A DNA stretch of 64,000 nt from Glycera tridactyla (lineage: Eukaryota). Where the stretch lies: NCBI GenBank assembly GCA_965644265.1, contig OZ286461.1, positions 66,154,001 to 66,218,000 of the forward strand, in the 5' to 3' direction. Within the stretch, counting starts at the first letter, position 1. Each line of letters starts with the position of its first letter. This document shows, piece by piece, positions 12,207 to 25,149 of this stretch. The notes under the pieces are model-generated. The model saw nothing but the letters and a program-made list of their open reading frames with translations. It was not told the origin of the DNA and ran no database searches. Position numbers and translations under genes: made by a program.

Positions 12207-12787
12207 GCTGCTAGCTTGCCTCCATCCAAACAGATCAGATTTCTTACAGCCTGGTCTGTGTACACCTGTGAATACATACGATTCTGAAGAAAAAACACCA
12301 GAGGTGGTGGCACTGGCAATAATGGAAGCAATGTCACTAACTTATTGAGCAGTTGGGCCATCTGATGTGTAATTGCTTCTAAAAATGTGACCGATTGCCA
12401 ACACTACACACAGACACAAGCTTAATAGAGTCGAGAGCATCGGGCATATGTCTTTTGTTTTTGCACAGAACGTGTACCGGACGAGCCTGACTAGCAGCGT
12501 GTTAATGCAGCACTTATTGGATTCAGATGACTGTCCCATGTAATATTCATGATGGACTCCCTCAATCCCCCCGAAATTTTCTAGAAGCTGAGTATGGTTG
12601 AAAGTCAAGGAATCACTCAAGTTGGGGTAGTTTCGGTTTGTGATGGCTGTAGACATTCCAGCAACTATTGCTAAATGATTCTATTTGATTTTTGGCATAG
12701 ATTGAAGTACTGATCCCCATGAACTAGTCCCACTTACTAAGTACTGACCACCAAATGACAAAGTGAACAAATTAGATCTAGATTCTA

Positions 12788-12956
12788 CGGTGGAACCTGC
12801 TACCGCCCTAAATGTCATCAAAAAGTGGTCTCCCAAAATGCGTGGTCTCTTGTCAGAGTTATATTTGATTATGTCAAAAAGGAAATCTGCCCTGCAAAAG
12901 TGGTCTCCTGTTGGAAGTAGTCTCTCGTTGTGGGTCTCTAGTTGCAGGTTTCATTG
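12788..12956. mobile_element. pogo/Tigger-like MITE, degraded
   Basis: TA|cggtggaacctgc...gcaggtttcattg|TA. Confidence 0.6.
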
Positions 12957-15038
12957 TACATGTACTAATAATGGAAAAAATCATAGTAAAGCCTGGTCAT
13001 GATGTATTTAAAACAAACGGCTGGCATCTTTGATAGCAAACCAATGCCATTGCTGGGCCTAGCCACAAGCTTGACAGCTCCGGGTGTACTGTGATAGTTT
13101 TCATTGTTGGTCCTCCTTGTGATCGGAAGAGGCCCAAGATGGCGGGACACTCTTGATTGGTAATACCTGCTGAGTGCTTCATCACATATAAGGCAAAAAT
13201 GTCCGTTTTTTTTTTCAAGAAAAGAATCATCAGATTCGCAAGTAGGGTTGATATTTGGGTGTTTGTCACTATTTACTGACATCCAGCTGGGCCGTATTTC
13301 GACATCTTGAACCAATAAATGCCCCCCCTCCCCCTTGCAAATTAGCAAATGCTCCAGGGCGCTGAATATGGAGATTATGGTATGTCTCCTTCTGTATCCT
13401 GAATGACCTGCTCCAGCGGGAGATGAGTAGGTGTCAAAATATGCTCTTACACCACCACCAATTCACACTCTGATTACACGAGTGAATTATGTCATATATG
13501 GCCCTCTCCTCCGTGGAACTCAGCTAATGGTAAGTGAGTGGAAATCATATTCGCTCACCCGTGAGCAGCCATGCTCACTGGGGACAAACTTAAAAGCATC
13601 CACACAGCTTTGTGTGGCCAATAATCCTGATTAGCTCACACTCGTAGATGTGCTCGCCGGCTAACTCACGGTGTTTGACACATTTACTCATCTTATATAT
13701 GTTATAATTCCCTCCTGTTTCAGCCATCTAATTGCCTAACTCAATTGCGATCCAATTTGGGGGCAATAAATTGAGTTAGTCGCTATCTTACGAAGTTGGG
13801 TATCATACCAAACTAACTCCTTCCCATGGAATTAGTGAGCTGCTTCTATAAGTTAGTGTAAAATTAGACGGTGGAATCAACTAACTAAATCGATTTTGAG
13901 CACGGAACTCAAGGAGCTGATTCAGGAATTTTCCAAGTCCATTTTGCAAACTCAAAAATAATATCTTGGGGCTCCATCTATGTGTTGCAATTTGAATGTT
14001 CAATTCATGTCAAGTCATTCACGACACCCAAACATATCATGACGATCAATAAGCAGGAGCCCCGTGCATTCTTCATGGTGTGGCCTGAATTTCTCTGGAG
14101 TAACACTTTGTGTGAAATGCCAAAATTTCTGCTCAAAAAGAGTGATACATTACTCCATATAAGGGACATTATTGGCTAATAATCGAAAACCCTGAAAACG
14201 TGACAGGAGGCGATTTTCATAAATATGCTGTGGACCATGAAACTCCAACAACTGCTGGCTGATACGTAATTAATAGAACTCCATACAGACCCTGTGCTCT
14301 ATATCTACTTATTCTGCTCTGATCTTCAAGATTCAAAATTCAAATTAATCAGCATAATATGCTCTTTTCTATCTCTGATCACAATGAGATTGAGAAACTT
14401 TTATTTTTGAACACAACGGATGTACAACGGTACATACATACAGATGGTCAAGTACACCCATAGTGGGTATGGTCAAGTACCCCCGTAGTGGGTAAGATCA
14501 ATTGATTAATAACAGTCACACTTGTATATTATGGTGATCCAACACTGCATTGACAATAACATATGAAATGATAGGAAGCGGCATCCAGATGGGCAAAGTA
14601 TCCTCATGTGACTAATTCTGTACTGGTTTATTTCAGATTGTAAACTGCTTCTAATAGGAGAGAAAGATCAGCATTATGCTTTTATTTGTATTCCTTTTTG
14701 GATGTTTCAGAAGTTCAGCATTATTGTTTGATCTAGTTGAGAGAGTCTGCCAAAATAGGAGGATGGTAAATGTCCAGCTGGATATCTGCTGTACTGAGTG
14801 AAGTTCGATTGTGGATAGAACCAGATGATCCATTATACATACAGAATGAAAGAATACATATAGCAATACTATTTCTTAATGAAGAAGTGTGCAATGAGTG
14901 GAAGTTTCTGTCTCTGATTCATACAGTATATCTAAGGTTCCAATAGAAATCAGATTAATATTAACTAGGCTTAGCTCAGTTAGGCGCTGGAGCTTTAGGT
15001 CATTAGTAGAGATGCTAGATTGATAAATTCAGTTTCTC

Positions 15039-16130
15039 TCATGAATCCATTCTGTGATATGCCTTTTGAATGATTGCTTTGTGATATAGTGAGCTTCTGC
15101 CTGATTTCCGGGGAATATTGATCCTTGCTTTTTGACCTTGAAAGGCAAATGCCCTTTGCCCAAAATTTATTGTATTAGGAAGGACTAATAGCGAATCAGT
15201 GGCACCCCTAGTTTCATGCATGTGAATATCTCGTGATTGTTCAATCGGATCAGATAGATAGGGCGGTGATAATCCCTTGAGGCATCCTTGTACCTGAAGT
15301 ACCAGGTGCTGTTCCCTTCTTTCATCTAGCCTGAGTAATTCTAGTCTCTGGTGCATAATATCAGTTCCTGCCCATCTATTTTCAAGGAGAATAATCCTGC
15401 ACACTTTGTTCCATAGCAGTTGCAGGGAATGGGAATCTTTGGCCGTTATGGATGCATAGACTATGTCACAATAATCAAGTAACGGAATCGTCAGGCTATT
15501 ATACAATTGCGATGCAGTGGAAGTTGTCAGAAATTGTCTAACTCTAGATAATAGGTACAAACGCTGGCTGGCTTTTGAGATGACACAGTTGATATGGCAG
15601 GCAAAGGTCAGGCTGGGGTCCAGGATGAATCCTAGGTTCTTAAATTCAGTGGTGGAGCTAATCATTGCACTGTCCATGTGTAGATCCAGAGGAGATTTGT
15701 TGGAGAGGTTATATTTACTCACAAATAGCACTGATTTTGTTTTCCAGACATTAAGAAAAAGCTTGTTGGTTTTCAACCACCTCTCATCTCAATCTCCACT
15801 AAATCTGCCTGAAGTCTCGAAGCTATTTCATCCTTCTCTTTTCCTGAGCAGTGTAGAGCTATGTCATCTGCATATAAAATACACCTTGTGTTCGAGAGGA
15901 CCAAGTCTATATCATTAATGTAAATGATAGAGAGCAGCAGACCGATTGTGGATCCTTGGGGAACCCCATAGGTGACCTGGAGTTTGTTGCTTAGGGATCC
16001 ATCTATGTTTGTTCTCTGGGTTCTCCCTGTTAGATATGACTCACACCAGTCTAATTCAGTACCTTCAATACCATACTTCTTTAATTTTGATAGGAGCCTA
16101 ACATGATCAACAGTGTCGAAAGCCTTCGCA
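15039..16130 (-). mobile_element. 5'-truncated, frameshifted CR1/L2-group (Crack/Daphne-like) LINE ORF2 RT fragment
   Basis: Track ORFs 15773-16258 and 15039-15776 contain KAFDTVDH, GVPQGS, YADD, KTKSVLF, LGFILD, LLDYCDIVY and PPYL, typical of CR1/L2 RT and its C-terminal region; frameshift near 15775. Confidence 0.92.
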
Positions 16131-17007
16131 GTGAGATTCCCTCTGTCCGTCTGGGTGAAGATTTCATTGGTGAGATGGAGTAGCCTTACGGAACCCAGGT
16201 TGTGCCTTGTTAAAGAGAGAATGCAACCTGAAAAACGACAACCCCCGGTCGCACTCAAAAGTGGTCGTTATAAGGAGGTGGCCGTTATAGAGAGGTTCTC
16301 ATGAAAATACACTCACACACATTTGTGGCCGGTACATATCGCCAATGTGAGCAGAATGTGAGCAGAGAGCAATCATTGACGGAAGATCCCAGCCGGCCCA
16401 ATGGCGGTCGTTAGAAAGGGGTTGGCGGCCAGATGTTAGCAGCGAGGAAGTGAGTTGATCTGAGCACATATCCCGGCTCAGGTACGGACGATCCCGGCCA
16501 TGAGTGGTCGTTATAGAAAGGTTCCCTGGCCAAACATGGCTGTTGCTGGTCGGAGCGGGCAGGTGGTCGCTATACAGAGGTCAAATATAGTGAAAAATCC
16601 GTTGGTCGCGGTCAGAGGTGGTCGCTATGGAGAGGTGGTCGCTACAGCAGGTTATAAAGACTTTCCAAGTTTTCTTCGAATCAATCAAAGAAATCTATGA
16701 ATACATGGAGCACTCACATCCCTGCTCAATAATCATGATATTGGGCATCTCTACAATTGATGATGAGTTCTGTTTTGCGAGAAAAAAAAAACGAGAAAAA
16801 ACAAACATGGAAGGCAATAAAAGTTGATTCCAAAAAGGTAAAATCGAACTGTAGAATCAAACCCAATCCAATTTCTCAAGAGTATGGAGTGAATCAGCTT
16901 ACTACTAATGAGAACATACAAATTTCACACTCAATGACAAAATGTGCTTATTGCTTTTATGATTGTTTTTATTGTGATGGTGATGGATTGAAATAGCATC
17001 ATGTATA

Positions 17008-17182
17008 AGTCAAACCTGTCTACAAAGGCTACCTTCGGTAGCATAAGACATTGGCTGTTGTAGGCTGGTGGCTTTTATAGAGGTCAATAATTGTTGAAAA
17101 TCCTATTACAGTTACAACTCAGGATGGCCTCTGTAGGCAGGTGGCTTTTATTGATAGGTGGTCTCTCAAACAGATTTGACTG
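17008..17182. mobile_element. pogo/Tigger-like MITE
   Basis: agtcaaacctgtct...aaacagatttgactg|TA. Confidence 0.6.
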
Positions 17183-18824
17183 TACTCAACTGAAAAATAT
17201 TGTCATCTAATAAGCCTCCAAGCGGCAGCTCTAGATTCATTTCCATTGTATTTCATTTAATCAATCCGAGTTTCAGAACTCGGACGCATTGTAAATATCA
17301 TTTCCAGCCTTGTTTAGTGAAAAATTATATGGGTTGAACAGCGAAAAACGAGCCAATGTTCGCAATTTCACATTCATCAAACTTCAAACATGGCATCGCG
17401 TTACAAAGTAATCATCCAACAAAGAAGTAAGATGGCTAGGAATGTGACGATATACTTTGTTTCATTTTTCATTTGGAAGCACTGATTGATGTCATTAGTG
17501 GCTGAAACCCCATTACTGGCACTCATCACATATCTAACTCATCGTAATGATGCAAAAACTTTGTCACCCCTTCAAACTTCTCATATTACATGCACTTTGC
17601 TGAGATCAAGACACATTAATTTCCCAATTTCAAATATGATTTCATCTCCAAGTGAAGCCGATATCATATCTACACTGTTGTAGTGCAGAGTGCAATGACA
17701 CACTCTTATTCAGTGATGATATAAAAATCGGTTAATCAGACCGGATTGATCGATGGCTTGTGGCTTGCTGGTTGGCATGTATCAACCCATTACCCAAGTA
17801 CCAGAACTGTCTCCATGTGTCTTCTAAACATCAAGTCAAAATCAATTGTTCAATTGAAATGGATCGCAAATCAATCAATTCCCAAAATAGGTGCTGAGTC
17901 CAACTTTGATGTTTCTTTATCAGGTTTTTGAATCAGGAAAAATGACAGAGAGATGGTAAAATACAGGGAAACCCAATGAGTGTTAATAATACACTTCATC
18001 AGCTGGTTATTGAAGTGATAATTGTATAACCGTGTGAGCTGACTGAAGTTGCTTCAAAGGCCATGCAGAGTAGGCGGATGAAGCCACACAGAGCCACGCA
18101 ATCACAAATGGGATGATCGGTAAGCGGCTCCGATTGCAACCAACACCTCGTCTCTATCAAAAACGCATCCATTACGAGGACCCTTTTCTGCTCATATCGG
18201 CCCTTTGTCTCATCATACTTTGCTGCTGGTAATAAGGGGTGTGGAATGATAAGGGTTCACCAATTAGGGCTGGGACAAAACACATCAGTCACAAAACGAA
18301 ACATCTCTAGAAACACACCTCGAGAAATGAATGACAAAATGGAATGCCATGCAACCCTCCTTCAGGAATCTGGCGGGGTTCTCCCTGGTGCAAGTGACAC
18401 AAGCAAGCCACGTATTTTGATGGCCTTGCATCAAGGCCAACTACTATTGTATATAAATACATGCGGTAAAAAGTTCATCAAATCACCATCATTCAAACTC
18501 TCCACCACTATCTTTAAAAACAGGATGTATTTTCTGTATTCATTGGCATCGGTGCATACTCATCAGCCATGCTTCTTCATATTTCGAAACACTCCACCTA
18601 GTTTTGAAACAATCATTTCATTTGGAAACAATTGATATTATCGAAATTTCAGTGAATCGTCCCACCCCTACCCATACACGCCCATCACAGGAGCATGGAG
18701 ATGAAGCATGCACTGATCTGCTGTGAACTGCTGTGACGAAACCAACCAAACAAATATTTTATGTCAGCAATAGGGGTTACCAAATGTGACCTGGGCAGTA
18801 TCCAATTGATTGATTGATTGATTG

Positions 18825-19165
18825 TTTGAGGTTTAACGGCATGTATCAACCCACAGGATTATTTATGCCGTGTGTTCCTGCTTAATGAAAGCTAGATGTT
18901 CTCTCCCCTGCAGACATCACTCTCACAAACCCTGAACACAAGATGATGGGGAACCTGAGAGGTTGTCAAGTGGAAGTAGCTGACAGTTCAAACACACCTC
19001 TACCTAATCTAAACATATACAAATAAACCTAGGATGGCATATCTAACTATATACCCAAGCCTGATAGCAATGCATTTTTTTTTTCGCAAAGCGCAGGACT
19101 TGACACATAGAAAAGCATTAGGTTAGGAGAATACTCAACCAAAGTGTTCAATTACAAACTGCCAA
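18825..19165 (-). mobile_element. SINE-like / LINE-3'-end family A (other copies ~985-1075, 22870-23665, 29170-29315, 31735-32035, 35300-35362, 39150-39330 on minus; 29420-29690 on plus)
   Basis: Shared ~190-bp core (tcagctacttccac...catcttgtgttcagg...gaacatctagc) ending in a hairpin plus (CAAT/CAAA)n tail. Confidence 0.6.
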
Positions 19166-19833
19166 CTTCAAACCAGCTTTACAATAATTTCGTGTCCTAT
19201 ACTCGCAGTACGATGCCATCACACATCCTAGTAACCTAGTCATCAGCCCTAGTAACCCAGAACTGGTGTGCTTGGTACCCGCTTTTTTGCATAGTGACAA
19301 TATCTGCAACAGGCAAACCGTTAGCTACCTACACCGGAGACCATTTCGCTGAAGAAATAAGAGGGAGCTTAGAGTGATAGAAAAGAGGTGAAGAGAAAGA
19401 AACCATGGTGATAGTGTAATTTTGGTAGAAATTGCCTAAGGACAGATGACAGAAATTTGGAAGGTATGTTTTCATTCAACCCCCACACCAAAAAACTATT
19501 GAGAAAAAGAGAAGGGATGATGCTACATCTAGGCCTCATCATCCCCGATGGCAACACTTCAAAGAAAAACACCCGCGCCCATTGGTGGCTGCCTTCTGTA
19601 GAGACCCTGGACTCCCACCCTACCCACGGGCAGAATCCAAACTGAACTGTACTGGACAAATATCTGTAATGATATCTTACATGAAATTGAAAAATTAACT
19701 CCGTAGAACAGGCATTTTCTCTTCAGGTACAGTTGAACCTGTCTACAAACACCACCCTCGGTCACATGACAAAGTGGCCATCAACCAAAAATGCTAGATT
19801 TTTCAACCTGTAAGCTGTTCACTACATGCAACA

Positions 19834-20021
19834 CAGGGCTCCAGTTGGCCAAAATATTCAGGAGCCAGTTGGCTCTTAAGTTGAAACCAGTGCAAGATTC
19901 TGGTTGCCAGTCAACACATTGCCAATAACAACCTCTCCTGGCTTCTAACTTTCAAAATATGGTAGTCAGAGGGTAAATTTGGTAGCCATTGGCTACCCAA
20001 AGGTAGCAATGAAGAGCCCTG
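19834..20021. mobile_element. hAT-like MITE (cagggctc ends); relatives at 50507-50675 and ~640-850
   Basis: cagggctc...gagccctg; shared ggtagccattggctaccc palindrome. Confidence 0.65.
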
Positions 20022-20771
20022 CAACCTACACACTGACAATTCTTACAAAGAGCATCCTATATTATCAGCAATAGTTTGTTTTCTACAGGAAAGTTTGTTT
20101 TCTACAGGAATATTTACCCAGGATACATCACCAACAGACTTCCTACTAAACCTAGATGCGCAATCATTATCATGATGGGAGGTGAAGGGGCAATGAGTGA
20201 AGATCGGTACTTGATCAGGACCGACGACAATTGCAATGTGTTTGATGATGTAGCATTCGTTAATTACGCCCGTAATGGCAACCATATCTGTTAACAATAA
20301 CATCTAAAGAGCAAATCAACACCTGTAACAGACAACCAACGTCCATTTCGTCTTTTTCCGCCCCGCCGAAGATCACAGGTGCGCTTGGATGGCTTCATAA
20401 GCTGAGATGAAAGCTGCTCGAAATATGACGGAAGAAGTAAGCATGCGGGCCGTACCCATCTGCGACGGGCAGACTCACGAATCAGACATCATTAACTCCG
20501 CACAATGTCAGCGAATAAGCCTCGAAATCAGAGAGCATTACATGGAGAGACGATGAATTGATTATGCGCTACAATTACGGGCGTGTTAAGATGATTAGAG
20601 ATGGGTAATCGGCCGCTGAGAGAAGAAATGTGCACGGCAACCAGCGGGGCTTCATTCTGATAAAGCTGATTGTCAAGCCTTAACTCCTACATGCCGATGG
20701 TGGATTTCCTCTCCCGAGTGAAAGAAGATGACACAACACACAATAGCAGATGGTTAGAATGAAACTAAGTT

Positions 20772-21094
20772 TCACAATACACCATTGAAATGTACAAATT
20801 ACATTTTCAAAAATCATCCGATTCCTTGTGGATTTGAACCTGGGATCTCCAGCATGGCACCAACTGTCCATCTCCCATTGAGTGAAACTTTCACAAAACT
20901 GCTTGAGCACGAGTATGACTAGATGGTCAGCTGGGGTTTGTAGCCACTTGTGGAGTGGTCCACATGGCTCAGGGCACAAGACAGCTTGCTCCTTCACAGG
21001 CTAGGCAGTTGTTGTCATGCTGGAGATCCCAGGTTCAAATCCATGAGGACGATTTCTGAAAACGTAATTTGTACATTTCAGTGGTGTATTGTGA
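20772..21094. mobile_element. tRNA-derived (A/B-box-like) repeat with an inverted duplicated arm; related copy ~9081-9375 on minus
   Basis: tggctcag at 20965, ggttcaaatcc at 21032; arms 20772-20856 and 21016-21094 are reverse complements. Confidence 0.5.
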
Positions 21095-21280
21095 CACCAC
21101 AATCATCCAGCACTAAGACAATGCCAGCACGGCCATTAACATCCAAGGCGAAGTTGGACAAGTCATCAGTGAAATACCAGGTCCAGGTTATGGGCACTTT
21201 CAGACCCCTGATTGAGGGAGACCTTGCGACCCATTCAATATTGAAAGAATCCCTATCCCTGTCGAATTACCTCCATATTA

Positions 21281-21531
21281 CAGTAAAACCTCTTTTGGGA
21301 GACTAGGTCAAATGTCAACTACAAGCGGCCTCTCAAAAGACGTGATCTCTCTTTGAGGTATATTTGCATTCTCTCTAAAGAATTTGTTGACACTGGGCAA
21401 AGACAAAGGGCTGATACCACCAAAAACGAAGATCAATCACAGTGTCCAATCTAGAAATTTACTACGAGGGGGGAAACACCCCACTCTCTGTGGTTAGCAT
21501 TTGAAGTGGTCTCCCAAGAGGAGTTTCAGTG
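21281..21531. mobile_element. pogo/Tigger-like MITE
   Basis: TA|cagtaaaacctcttttgggagac...ctcccaagaggagtttcagtg|TA. Confidence 0.65.
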
Positions 21532-21601
21532 TAACATAATACTCAGACTTCCAAAATAGTTCTTTTCAAATCCATCACCGTTTCACAGACTGCCATACCC
21601 A

Positions 21602-22386
21602 CCGTATATCCTGGCATATAAGTCGACTTGACGTATAAGTCGACACCCCAATTTCGCCTCCAAAAGTCAGGATTTAGTCAATTTCTTGTATATGAGTCGA
21701 CCCCATAATCTTGCTCGAACATAGTGAATATCGACGAAAATACCAACGAAAAACGACACATCGACAAGTGACAGAAGCTAATTCACACCTTACCCCGGCT
21801 TTTGTCAAGTCGTTTGCACCTTTAAACATCGATAGTTCACGAGTCTAATCCATGATTAGATGCTTCCCTTCACTGAAAACACGTATTAAAGCTGAATATT
21901 CGTGTATTTCGCGATAAAAACAAAAGGCTAGCATGATTGAGAGCGATTTGGGCACCATTGTCGTGAAGTCGGGATCCCCGGATGTATACCAAAACAGGAA
22001 CCAGAATACATAATTAGCATACGGCCTTGACCTCATCACCTGCCCGAGATGGCGGAACTTTCTGGATTTGTTGTTTTCATCTAATGGTTTCATCACGTTT
22101 ATGGCTAAATCGTCGCGATTTTCTCAGAAAAGATATCAATTCTGCAAGTAGAGTCATTCTTCGTGTGTATGGCATTATTTATCAACATCTGGGTGTATTC
22201 TGGCCATTTTTGAGCGCGATCGTTCGAGAAAAACATCGTTTGTCAACAGCTGTTCAGCATGGATTCTCTCTAATTTTTGGTTCGAAAAATCTCCATTTTC
22301 CTCCATATCAGGCATAAAAGTCAACCCCCTTGTTTTTGGCTCGGATTCTGGTGTAAAAAACTAGACTTCTACGTCAGTATATACGG
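21602..22386 (+). mobile_element. About 790-bp non-autonomous Tc1/mariner-like element (CCGTATA termini)
   Basis: TIRs ccgtatat..tataag / ..tatacgg; TA flank on the right; near-identical reverse-complement copy at 34450-35235. Confidence 0.8.
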
Positions 22387-24249
22387 TACTTATCTGCTCA
22401 GTGTCCTGTAAATGCAAGTCTTCATTTTATCATCGGATGTATTGGCATCTCTAAGCTGATTCATGCATGAAATATGGAAAACCATATTTTGTGGTTCTGG
22501 TGCGATATCTAAGAGGCCACCACATCTCTCTCCCTCTCTCCATACCTGTGACGAGAGACCCCTGACAAGGGGACCACCTCCGATGCAAGACTGCTTTTCT
22601 ATATGACATTGTCAAATATACCTCCGACGAGAGACTTCATCTTCTGAGAGACCACTATTGGGTGTCATTCAGGATGGTCTACTTTCACCACACATGGACT
22701 TCCAAATGTGAAGTTTCAAAATACGTGACTGCAGGGTTATTGGAACAGAGATATTAACAAATGACTGGGTACAGGATAATTTCACAGATGAATACATACC
22801 AAAATGTTGTCCTCAGTTCTAGCAATGTACCATCTACATCCAAGTGAGTGAGGGTTGGTTTGGTTGGGTCAAGAATTAACAGCATGTATCAATCCAGAGG
22901 ATTATGTATGATGTGTGTTCCTAGTCAATTTGAGCTAGATGTTCTGCCCCCTGCATGCATCACTTACACAGTTCCTGAACACAAGATGAAGGGAAACCTG
23001 AAAGGATGTTGAGTGGAAGTAGCTGACAGTTCAGACACAGCCCTACCTACCCAAAATGAGCATACTGAACCTAACACAGTGATTTATCTACAAATTGAAC
23101 AGCATGAGTCCCGGGACTCACAAGATTCAATGACAATGAGTCCCAACCAGATCAAATGAGTCCTAACAATGAAATCAATGAGTCCCAGCATCACACGCAC
23201 AAAATCTGACAAGCATGCTTCAGGTACAGTTAGGATATATGACAGAATATAGAGATAGAACAAAGACAACAGCCACACTTATGTGTGAGCAGTGGATTGA
23301 TTGAACAGCCACACTGACAAATAAGCTTGTACTCATTGAGCATGTCTGTTCAAGAATGTGGCTGGGAGGGGTTGGAGCATGGAAGGGGGCAGGTGAGCTG
23401 ATGTAGTGGTCCGATGTGGATGCGTCCACCATCAAAATAAACACTTCCAGTGGGACACAGGTGGTTTGAGAGCCATGAGTCCAGGTAGGCTGGGATGCGT
23501 CAGAGATGCGGGACACGGTTGTAGATAAATCCCTGCTAACAATGGTATATCCAACTAAGTAACTGGCTGGAAGTTGACACTCAAGCCTAATTGCAACATT
23601 TCTCACTCTGAGCGAAGTGGAGAACTTGAAACTGAGAACAGCATTAGTTTTGTGTTCAATGAGGTTAGTTGGTTTGTTGGTTGGTTGATTGGTTGGTTGG
23701 TTGGTTGGTTGGTTGGGATGTAATAGCATGCATTCCAAGTGGGAAAGGAAATGCAACAGCACACCCACAGGTCAGAACCACACTGGGTGGCCAACCATTC
23801 ATTTCCAGAATGCGACCTCTCTACAAAGGACACTTTTGGATGGCACTGAGGTCGGTCTAGCAGACAGGTTCGACTGTAGGCACATGAAAATGAAACCCCC
23901 TATCTAGAAGTTTGACTCTCACAGCTGATATCAGGGCAAAAGTGAGAAGTGGTGGGCAGGATTGGTGGACAGTTTTCATATGATATCCTTTTTAAAGCAT
24001 CATATCTCTAGCTTTATCAGCAGAAGTGAAATTCTGTGCATGAGTCCAGGTGGAAATCAGGGGGTTAAGTAATCGCTGGCAAGAGATGGGGCGATCTCCG
24101 TCCGAATGTATGTCAGCCCTTCTCAGGAAGTGCCCTGCATCGCAATGACTGGGCAAAAACACAGCCTATCAATAAAACATAGAAAACTGGGTGGCGTGCA
24201 AATGGAAGTTCATGAATTATGCTGGATAATGCAGAGTGATTGAAAAACC

Positions 24250-25140
24250 TCTGATAAATTATGCACGTTAACCAAGTTACTAGTCAGCCAAGACTAGATT
24301 ATGCCGCGAACTGGACAATTACAATTAGTTTCTGCCATGGAATGAATTAAAAATCTTCATTAGGGCCATTCCCGGCAACAATCGAAATGGGAGGGAGGTG
24401 GCATGTCGGCATCATCTTGGAATTGCAATGACAAGCGCAATCGAATAAACACGCACAACTCAACAGTAAGATACAATTAGGTGGGTGTTGTGGCTAGCGT
24501 AACCTATTTAGCTGTTAGATACAGAAGAGCCCCTGCTTGCCAAAATACTCGAGGGAAATGGCGCGCTTCTCTTCGCTGCGAGCCTGACATATTTGCCCGG
24601 TTTATCGATACACTCGCCTCCCTCTTCACTCTTCGATACAGAGTCACTGGCGAGGCTCGACAGCAATGAATCCATAAATTTCTTATTTCCCCAATTTGGC
24701 AAGATTGCAGTAGGAACAAATTGAATTTGGAGTCTCTAAAGTCGCCCGTAGATATGTAGTGATTAATATTCTATATTCTTGATTCGGCGCGGAGGCGAGG
24801 TAGGACGCGGGCGGGCATTGTAATAATAGCAAGTAGCAGGAGCTAACTCGGTAATCTGGTCGTGCGTCGCGCACCCGCGGCCACGTCATGGATGCCTGTC
24901 TATACATACCACCAGAAAACTGGTTTGACAAAGCCTGTATGGGGAATTATAGGTGCATAATTAGATAACGGATGAAGAATCACCACCTCTTGTAGTGCGG
25001 CATGACCACGCACGCCTTGCTCCGCCCGCCTCCAGGTTGCTCGATTAGGGCGCGGAGGGCAGCTCGTGTCATGTTTGAACGTGCCCTCGAGTTGTGTACA
25101 TAATCGGCGAACATCAGCAGCATGCCCGCAGGATATCAAC
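24250..25140. promoter_or_regulatory. CpG/GC-rich island, putative enhancer or promoter
   Basis: Appears to be the most GC/CpG-rich unique stretch; GGGCGG boxes, CACGTCA, TAAT clusters. Confidence 0.35.
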
Positions 25141-25149
25141 TGCATACAT

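Noticed and set aside
12240-12560. Plus-strand nested gene from acceptor-like sites at 12248, 12468, 20108, 49228 and donor-like sites at 19463, 57391
   Set aside because: Could not be joined into a consistent ORF; early stops and no homology.
12965-13348. hAT transposase remnant (GHFCLICDEA resembles the catalytic DE strand)
   Set aside because: Single short resemblance; region shares only a short motif with 41340 and may be MITE interior.
20950-21060. Functional tRNA gene
   Set aside because: A/B spacing too long, no cloverleaf acceptor stem, multicopy diverged repeat.
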